From the NCBI RefSeq assembly GCF_004010195.1, contig NC_057720.1, positions 29,913,631 through 29,970,089 of the forward strand: 56,459 bases of DNA. The letters run 5' to 3'. The notes under the pieces were generated by a model that was not told the origin of the DNA, searched no databases, and saw nothing but the letters and a program-made list of their open reading frames with translations. This DNA comes from Chiloscyllium plagiosum. Its lineage: Eukaryota. The first letter of the stretch is position 1, and every line of letters begins with the position of its first letter. Made by a program: the position numbers and the translations under genes. This document shows positions 47,701 to 56,459 of this stretch, piece after piece.

Positions 47701-49504
47701 CCTCCAAAAATTAAAACATACCTGGTGCCATCAAATGAGAAAAAACAAAGAGCGTACGCTTTACACCATGCCTCACCTGATCATAAAGTGCTTCAAGTAA
47801 AACATACCGTCCATCCCCATTATACCAAGAAACAAAGTATAATCCTTACCTTTGTCCTTCCTACAATCAGCCATTTGCCTTTTTCACATTCACTTCACTA
47901 CAAAGATAGTCATTGACTCCAAATCAAAAGCAAAAACAAATTAGTCAAACAACTCGATTCCATTTCTATCAAACAACTAACAGAAATCATTTATGAATCA
48001 CACTTCTGCGAGTCGTTAGTATCTGTTTCAGTATGCTTGCCCATCCATCCACATGTTCCTTAAAATGTTATTCTACTGATTACTGCCTGGGAGGAGGGGA
48101 GCTGGAAGATGCTTTGGAAGGTCATTATTTCAGACAATTAGTGACCTTGAGCGATTCTGGGATTTGTGGTTCCTGGCTGCAGATCGCAGTACATTGGCAT
48201 GGACTGAGGTTGTTTGGCCAGCTTATGCTATGCTACTAACAAAGGCACTAGTTGAGCAGGTGGTGAGGAAGTAAAAAGGCTTTCATCTTAAGAGGGGCAA
48301 CAGGTATCTCTCTCATGAAATGCATAAAGGCCACTTTCCTGGATGGTGTTAGCTCTAATATCTTATCAATTAACCTACAGAAAATCTAGAGAGGACAGAA
48401 GATAAACCTCAGTGCTGGGAAGACTTTAAGACCATAGATTCTAAATCAGCTTTCTTCTTCCAAGTGCATGAGACTTTCATTCCTGCAGTTAACATTTGAT
48501 TTTCATTCTATTACACTAGATTGGGTTTCACCATAGTGCCTTGAGAAGAAGGGACAGAAACCTAGTCTGTCTAATGTATATGTAGTGAATAAATTTCAAA
48601 AGTAAAAGACACTTCTGTCTTTGGAAAGGCAGGGACTGATTCGGGATGGTCAACATGGCTTTCTGTGTGGGAAATCATGTCTCACAAACTTGATTGAGTG
48701 TTTTGAAGAAGTAACAAAGAGGATTGATGAGAGTAGAGTGGTAGAGAGATCTAAATGGACTTCAGTAAGGTGTTCGACAAGGTTCCCCATCGGATACTGG
48801 TTAGCAAGGTTAGATCTCAGGAATACAGGGAGAACTAGCCAGTTGGAGACAGAACTAGCTCAAAGGTAAAAGACAGAGGGTGGTGGTGGAGGATTGTTCT
48901 TCAGTCTGGAGGCCTGTGACCAGTGGAGTGCTACAAGGATTGGTGTGAGTCCACTACTTTTTTTCATTTATGTAAATGATTTGGATGGGAACATAAGAGG
49001 TATAGTTAGTAAGTTTGCAGATGACACCAATTGGAGGTGTAGTGGACTGCAAAGAAGGTTACCTCAGATTACAACGGGATCTTGATCAGATGGGCCAATG
49101 GGCTGAGGAGTGGCAGAAGGAGATTAATTCAGATAAATGCGAGGTGCTGCATTTTGGGAAATTAAATCTTAGCAGGACTTATACACTTAATGGTAAGGTC
49201 TTAGGGAGTGTTGCAGAACTAAGAGACATTGAAGTGCAGGTTCATAGCTCCCTGAAAGTGGAGTCGCAGGTAGATAGGATAGTGAAGAAGGATTTGATAT
49301 TGTTTCCTTTATTGGTCAGAGTATTGAGTACAGGGGTTGAGAGGTCATGTTGCAACTGTACAGGACATTGGTAAGGCCACTGTTGGAATATTGCGAGCAA
49401 TTCTGGTCTCCTTCCTATCAGAAAAATGACGTGAAACTTGAAGGGGTTCAGAAAAGATTTCCAAAGATGTTGTGGCTCTGTTCGCCGAGCTGGAAATTTT
49501 TGTT

Positions 49505-49544
49505 GCAAACGTTTCGTCCCCTGTCTAGGTGACATCCTCAGTGC
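49505..49544 (-). ncRNA. Minimal hammerhead ribozyme of the Poseidon-like PLE
   Basis: GCA-CTGAGGA-T-GTCACCT-AGAC-AGGGGAC-GAAAC-GTT-TGC: 3-bp stem I, 7-bp stem II with one mismatch, ACGU palindrome. Confidence 0.8.
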
Positions 49545-49668
49545 TTGGGAGCCTCCTGTGAAGCTCTTCTGTGGTGTTTCCTCCGGCATTTATAGTGGCC
49601 TGTCCCTGCTGCTTCCGGTTGTCAGTTTCAGCTGTCCGCTGTAGTGGCCGGTATATTGGGTCCAGGTC

Positions 49669-50045
49669 NNNNNNNNNNNNNNNNNNNNNNNNNNNNNNNN
49701 NNNNNNNNNNNNNNNNNNNNNNNNNNNNNNNNNNNNNNNNNNNNNNNNNNNNNNNNNNNNNNNNNNNNNNNNNNNNNNNNNNNNNNNNNNNNNNNNNNNN
49801 NNNNNNNNNNNNNNNNNNNNNNNNNNNNNNNNNNNNNNNNNNNNNNNNNNNNNNNNNNNNNNNNNNNNNNNNNNNNNNNNNNNNNNNNNNNNNNNNNNNN
49901 NNNNNNNNNNNNNNNNNNNNNNNNNNNNNNNNNNNNNNNNNNNNNNNNNNNNNNNNNNNNNNNNNNNNNNNNNNNNNNNNNNNNNNNNNNNNNNNNNNNN
50001 NNNNNNNNNNNNNNNNNNNNNNNNNNNNNNNNNNNNNNNNNNNNN
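49669..50045. other. Assembly gap
   Basis: Run of N. Confidence 1.
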
Positions 50046-50694
50046 TTTCCTGTATACCTTTGTGGTGAATTCTCCGTTCGGTGTTCTCTGTACCATCACG
50101 TCTGGGAATGGGAGTTGGTTATCCTTTTCTTCTTCTCTCGTGAATCGGATTCCTGTTAGTGTGGTGTTGATGATCCGGTGTGTTTTCTCTATTTCTGTGT
50201 TTTTAATGATTACAAAGGTGTCGTCAACATAAAGGATGTTGCCAAAGTTGGAGGATTTGAGCTATAGGGAGAGGCTGAACAGGCTGGGCTGTTTCTTCCT
50301 GGAGCGTCGGAGGCTGAGGGGTGACCTTATAGAGGTTTACAAAATCATGAGGGGCATGGATAGGATAAATAGGCAAAGTCTTTTCCCTGGGATGAGAGAG
50401 TCCAGAACTAGAGGGCATTGGTTCAAGGTGAGAGGGGAAAGATGTAAAAGAGACCTAAGGGGCAATGTTTTCACACAAAGGGTGGTACGTGTATGGAATG
50501 AGCTGCCAGAGGAAGTGGTGGAGGCTGGTACAATTGCAACATTTAAAAGGCATTTGGATGGGTATATGAATAGGAAGGGTTTGGAGGGATACGGGCCAGG
50601 TGCTGGCAGGTGGGACTAGATTAGGTTAGGATATCTGGTCATGGATGGGTTGGACCGAAGGGTCTGTTTCTGTGCTGTACATCTCTATGACTTA

Positions 50695-52800
50695 TGTTGT
50701 AATATTGTTTTACAAGCTGGACATGCTCATCATCCAAAGTTGAAACCACATGACCAGTTGCCTGGCAGAAGCAAGCTGGAGTCTGAACACTAACATAGAT
50801 ATCTCTAACTGCAAACTGTAGTTTGAGCTGTTAATTATACCAATATAAGACGTTGAAGTAAACTGTATCCATGCTATTTGACCTGTGTTATTTACTAAAG
50901 ACGTGAGAAATATGTTATGGTGATCATTGCTGGGAATTTATTTTAAAAATCGAGGCAGTCATGCAAGCTGAAAACCATAGGACAGGGCCTTAGACAAGAC
51001 TTGAAGCAGTACAGAAGTTATATCCACATCAGGACCCCAAAGCAAAAAATGTGTCTAAACAAACAATGAATACTTTGTTAAAAAAAAATTAACTGCAGCT
51101 GAAAATAGCACAGAGTAGAATTGAAAAAAGTAAAATAGAAGAAACACAGCAGCTGCTCTATTGAGTCTCCATGTGGACGAACCTTAGAGTAGCAAGAATG
51201 TTATAAATCCCTTAGATATCAATGGCACTTGCAAAAAGATAAGCAACATCAGAAGGTTAACTACTAAATTCCCTGACATGAACTGGTAGACTATAGACAA
51301 TTTCAGTTCTTTGACCAAATGATAGAGCTGTTTTTTAGATTTAACTGTTGCAGGAGCAGATGAGGAAATGGTGAAAATAAAGATAGTCTTTGGAAATGAA
51401 GGGTTGCACAGAGTCAATACCTCAAGCCTGTTTCAAAAGGATCAAAAAAAGCATGCTAAGCTCTGGGAAATGATAGAAAGTCAACTTTGTATAAAAGTAA
51501 ACTTTTGAATTCACAACCTAGAGTGGAATTCTTATTAACGACAGCTGAGAATCAATTGATCAGTTTGTTAGTAGGTGCCATAACAAAGATGAGGACTGTG
51601 ACTTTTCATAGATTGAACTATTTGAGCAGATAATGGACTTGGTTATGGCTTCAGCATGTACTGAAGTTTTCAAAAAAAAAAACAATTTGGAGGGAAAGAA
51701 TGGTTATTACATAAATGCATGACTTAAAGTTGGCAAAAATATGAAATCATTGTAGCTGGAGAACATTTGCAAGGATTAGGTGCAATTATTAGTATTGGCA
51801 CAGTAGTTCGGATGCAGAAAACAAGCAAGCTGTGTGTGAAATGTTGTACCCTCCATGAAGCTGTCCCACATTCCAGGAACTCTGTAAGTCATGCACTGCA
51901 AAAGAACACTGGGCTCAATTCTGCAAGAAATCTGCATCAAAAGATGCAACAAGAGACTACAATAGGATGCAATCAAATAATGTGCAGTCTACTGGTAGCA
52001 ACAGCAAATAGTTTTCCAGAGACCTGTATAAACACAAGGTAGCTCAGGGTGGAAGAACCTTCAACCAGAAGGCGAACAGGTTTTCTCATTGTGAATGTGA
52101 GATAAACTGTGAACAAAGTCAAACAGTTTTGCCACTATGGGCATCATATGCATGAAGAAAGTCAGAAAATTCACACTCAAGACAAATGTCAATAAGGAAG
52201 CTAATGCAAACATCCTACCAGTCTGAATTCTGAACTCAACTATTGGAAGTCAATTTTACAACAACAACATTTAATGATATCATGGGTCACCCATTCCTTT
52301 CATTGGTGCATTCACAATGAAATGCAATCGGGCATGTCTATAAGAAAGCCTCAAGTATTCTGTTTGGTGGACAAAGAGCAATAGCAAGATTAACCTGCGT
52401 GCATGTATCTCAATATTGTCACCATTCATGAGATCAGCAAGGTAATAACTGCAGCAGAAGAGATGAAGAATATGCTCATTAAGTTCCAGACTTAAAACAA
52501 TTATACACAGTCAGATGTGACACTATAGGAAATTTCAAAGGTGATGTTATATTGCAACTCAAAGAAAATTGAATTGTGTCAATTAACCCTCCCAGAAAGT
52601 GTAATGTTCACGTAAAAGAGAAGTTTAGAAGTGAACTGGACAAGATGGAATGTGACAGCATTATCTGTTACATATATCAGCACACAGACTGGTGCAATTC
52701 TATTACATGCATGGTATTACATGTTGAAGAAAGATGGCATGATCAGGTTATATTTGCACTCAAAACACATAAAACTTTATCTAAAGAAATGACCATGCAA
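50695..52800 (+). mobile_element. Degenerate Ty3/Gypsy LTR retrotransposon relic (possible LTR, gag, protease, RT start)
   Basis: CCHC knuckle CKSCTAKEHWAQFC at 51883-51924, preceded by CVKCCTLH; protease-like ANANILP near 52200; RT N-terminus NPPRKCNVHVKEKFRSELDKME...TDWCNSI (52576..52815). Confidence 0.75.
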
Positions 52801-53611
52801 AATTCCAAAATTTGAATTCCAAATTGACAGGAGCTAAATTGAGCATCACAGAAAAGAAGTATGTTTTATTGAAGGTTGTCATCATGCATTCATCAGGTTA
52901 TTTTCAAAAATACCAATATAAAAGGCATAGCATTTTTAGTTATGAGAAGCGAATACTGATTCTGAGCAAGTGGCCTTTGACTGATGGAGAATGTACCAGT
53001 TAGGTGATGATTGACAGTTACATGCCAAATTGATTCAAAATTAAACCACAAAGTTGACTCTGATTGGTCAAAATGTTGCTCTATGGAATGAACCAGGATA
53101 ACCTGAGCAAAGTGACAGCCATCAACTTAATCTGTGAATGTAACCATAGCAGAATGTGGGCTCAGGAACTTTCCAGACCTGGTTCATCTGATAACGTAAT
53201 CAGTATTTACTGCTAAACAACAACGTTAAAATAAATGAAAGGAACAGCACAAGAAAACCAGAATTTTTATTGCTTACATGGATTTTTTTAAATAGAAAAT
53301 GATGCTCCAGTTCTTGCACCATCTTGTGAAACAAAATAGTTGATGGCTTGATGTGGTTATTTTTTTTGACAAGACTTGCTTTTTCTTGGTTTTTAAAAAT
53401 TCATATTGATGGTTTTTAGTGCCCCAGAAACAGATGGAAGGAGACCAGAATCAAAACACTAAGTGGTGGAGTACTAACTCGGGCAATAGTTCTAGTTTTC
53501 TAGTTGCCTCTCATTAGTTTAGTAGAGCTGTTTTGTCAGTTTATAATGTTATCTTCCCTCTCCCATAAGCAGTTTTGAGAGATAAATATATTTACAGCAG
53601 GCACATAAGTT

Positions 53612-53904
53612 TAGATTCCCTACAGTGTGGAAACAGGCCCTTAGGCCCAAAACGTCCACACTGACCCTCCGAAGAGTAACCCACACAGACACGTTTCCCC
53701 TTTGACTAATGCACCTAACACTCCAGGCAATTTAACATGGCCAATTCACCTGACCTGCACATCTTTGGACTGTGGGAGGAAACCGGAGCACCTGAAGGAA
53801 ACACACACAGGGGAGAACATGCAAACTCCACACAGACAGTCGCCCAAGGCTGGGATCGAACCTGGGACCCTGGTGCTGTGAGGCAGCAGTGCTAACCACT
53901 GAGC
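53612..53904 (-). mobile_element. HE1 SINE, slightly 5'-truncated
   Basis: HE1 head, core and tail; aagtt duplicated at 53607-53611 and 53905-53909. Confidence 0.93.
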
Positions 53905-55547
53905 AAGTTACTGTGGCAAACTCATTGATTGGGCTTATGGTATCTTAGCTTGGGTATGAGGTACCACAAAACATCCCCAATCAATACCGGAGAACTTCCT
54001 GAAGCCAAAGGGCAAGTTGATATATTGTCTCTACATACTGGTGCATATTTAGGAATAACAACAGTTTTAAGCCATGATTGGCATATTCTGTCAAAGATTG
54101 CAATGGACGGCACGATGAGCATTCATTGAATCATCTTGGACCACATAGATGTTACTAGCACTTGCAAGTCAAATAACAGACACATGTAAACAAAGAAGCT
54201 ATCACATTTAGTTAATAATTGAACAGTTTGTAGCATAAGGCTGAAGCCACCAAAAAAAACATTCCAACAGCAGAGAAATGATACTCATTCATTTTGAAAA
54301 TGAGCATTTCCAAGATTTAAAAGAAAATTGCTGTACTCAATGCCCAATTTTATAATGACACCACACAGCTAATTCTAAAGTACTTGGGGTGGATTTAAGC
54401 TAGGAAAAATAAGAAGAAAGGAACCTGGTCACTATGGACCATTGACAAATTCTCTCTCTATTCAACAGCTGTCAGGCACTGTAAGAATATGATATTAATC
54501 CTGTTTCGAACATCCTTTTTGTCATTCAGCGTGGCAATTCTCTCTTGCATTCTTCAGCCTGTCATTTACCAAATCCCTCAAACGGCATTACGGCACTGAT
54601 AAGCATCAAAGAGTGCTTAGAAACATACAATAGATAAAACAAGGAGGCCTGTCAAGTAAAAGAACCTGTGTCTGGTGGAGCACTGAAATAGGAATTAAGT
54701 GAGTGTTTTGCACTGACCCACAGACTCCGAGATGAATTCCTCTCTTCAAATAGCAGGACGCTGGCCTGTAACCTAATATAGCTGCAGTGTTAATTTAATT
54801 TTGAAAAGTAATAAACATTCTCTTCGCAAAATGGGGCTAAAGCAGACACGCTGTGATTGCTAATTTACATTATTGAGCTTAGTAAGCCAACTGTCAACTG
54901 ATCAACTTGTAAAAGTGATTTTGCTTTTCTTTTAGTTTCTGATTTCTGGTCACCCCTACCCACTCCAACCATCATTAACCTCTTATACCCCATCTCCTGA
55001 CAGAGCAACTCTACACAGCCCCCATCCCATTCCACATTTGCACCTATCTTCCTCAGTAACTATTGGCCAGAATGGTAAAAGAATTGCAGAAAGATTCAAT
55101 GAAACAAATTAAATTTGACTGACAAGAATCCAACTCTCGAACTGTGCAGGAAGGAACTTTCTGGTCTCCCAGTTACTGGGCTGAACGAAAATCTATATGA
55201 CAAATGTCAACAGTGTGATTGTTAAATGGGATTTTTCTACTTTAAGAATCTCAACATTCTTACTGACTTCAGACTTGAATTTTTCTCAAAATAACAGTAG
55301 TCTGGTGGAGTGCAAAGCAGCCCTTCCCCTCTTCCAACATCTTAATCTCTGTCATTTGGACTTGCACATTGTGCATAGCAGATTGTTGATAGAATCGATC
55401 CCAGATAGATTGTTCCATTGTTATAAATGACGGATGTGCCCAAGATTTTTGGTCAGGAGGCATTGTTATAGGAACAATGAACAGAAGGCATTTTATTTCA
55501 TGTTTAGGACAGACTTTCACTTTCATTCTTAAAGACAAAGTAATGTT

Positions 55548-56459
55548 TAGAACATAGAACACAGAACAGTACAGCACAAAACAGGCCCTTTAGCCCACGA
55601 TGTGTCGATCATTGATCCTCATGTATGCACCCTCAAATTTCTGTGACCATGTGCATGTCCAGTAGTCTCTTAAATGTCCCCATTTACCTTGCTTCCACAA
55701 CTACTGCTGGCAACGCATTCCATGCTCTCACAACTCTCTGTGTAAAGAACCCACCTCTGACATCGCCTCTATACTTTCCTCCAACCAGCTTAAAACTATG
55801 ACCCCTCATGTTAGCCATTTCTGTCCTGGGAAATAGTTTCTGGCTATCGACTCTATCGATGCCTCTCATTATCTTGTAAACCTCAATTAGGTCCCCTCTC
55901 CTCCTCCTTTTCTCCAATGAAAAAAGTCCAAGGTCAGTCAACCTCTCTTCATAAGATAAGCTCTCCAGTCCAGACAACATCCTGGTAAACCTCCTCTGAA
56001 CCCTCTCCAAAGCATCCACATCTTTCCTATAATAGGGCGACCAGAACTGGACACAATATTCCAAGTGCGGTCTAACCAAAGTTTTATAGAGCTGCAACAA
56101 GATCTCACAACTCTTAAACTCAATCCCCCTGTTAATGAAAGCTCAAACACCACATGCTTTCTTAACAACCCTGTCCACTTGGGTGGCCATTTTAAGTAAT
56201 CTATGTACCTGCACACCAAGATCCCTCTGTTCCTCCACACTGCCAAGAATCCTATCCTTAATCCTGTACTCAGCTTTCAAATTCGACCTTCCAAAATGCA
56301 TCACCTCGCATTTATCCAGGTTGAATCCATCTGCCACCTCTCAGCCCATCTCTGCACCCTGTCAATGTCCCGCTGCAGCCTACAACAGCCCTCTATACTG
56401 TCAACGACACCTCCAACCTTTGTGTCGTCTGCAAACTTGCTGACCCATCCTTCAATACC
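55548..56459 (-). mobile_element. CR1 LINE 3' part (TTCTATG-tail subfamily), running off the window end
   Basis: ORFs 56143..56337 and 55684..56100 match the CR1 RT C-terminus; tail agaacatagaacacagaac. Confidence 0.95.

Larger units (their letters stand above)
49473..50231 (-). mobile_element. Penelope-like element (Poseidon-like), 5'-truncated at the RT YVDD motif, spanning a gap
   Basis: Minus-strand 50231-50046 reads YVDDTFVII...IRFTREEEKDNQLPFPDVMVQRTPNGEFTTKVYRK; duplication aaagatgttg (49463-49472) / aaggatgttg (50232-50241). Confidence 0.9.
48620..50692 (+). mobile_element. CR1 (HER1-like) RT to 3' end, split by a Poseidon-like PLE
   Basis: QHGFLCGKSCLTNL, VSKFADDT, ORF 50236..50619; tail acatctctatgact. 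Confidence 0.93.

Noticed and set aside
48119..48150. Inverted nuclear-receptor half-sites AGGTCA / TGACCTTG
   Set aside because: The 17-bp spacing is not a standard response element, and short motifs are expected by chance

Overview
AT-rich vertebrate genomic DNA, almost certainly elasmobranch (shark): it is dense in HE1-type tRNA-derived SINEs and HER1/CR1-type LINEs. It has three N gaps, and I can support no intact host protein-coding gene, so it looks intronic or intergenic. Much of the window is nested retroelement debris: several CR1 subfamilies (including old near-full-length copies with an esterase-type ORF1), a single-ORF CR1/L2-group LINE whose 5' end is a tRNA-Ser-like head shared with a short SINE, seven HE1 SINEs, DeuSINE- and LF-SINE-like relics, a Gypsy relic and many Penelope-like element (PLE) insertions. 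The most striking signal is that the PLE copies carry minimal hammerhead ribozyme motifs (CUGANGA-N-stem II-GAAAC-GUH), several with intact cores. Three of these copies are ~210-bp fold-back mini-elements with 13-15 bp target-site duplications, and PLE insertions recur in CR1 3' UTRs. A few unique stretches are candidate conserved non-coding elements. Family names come from recognition by eye, not from database searches, and the boundaries of old elements are approximate.
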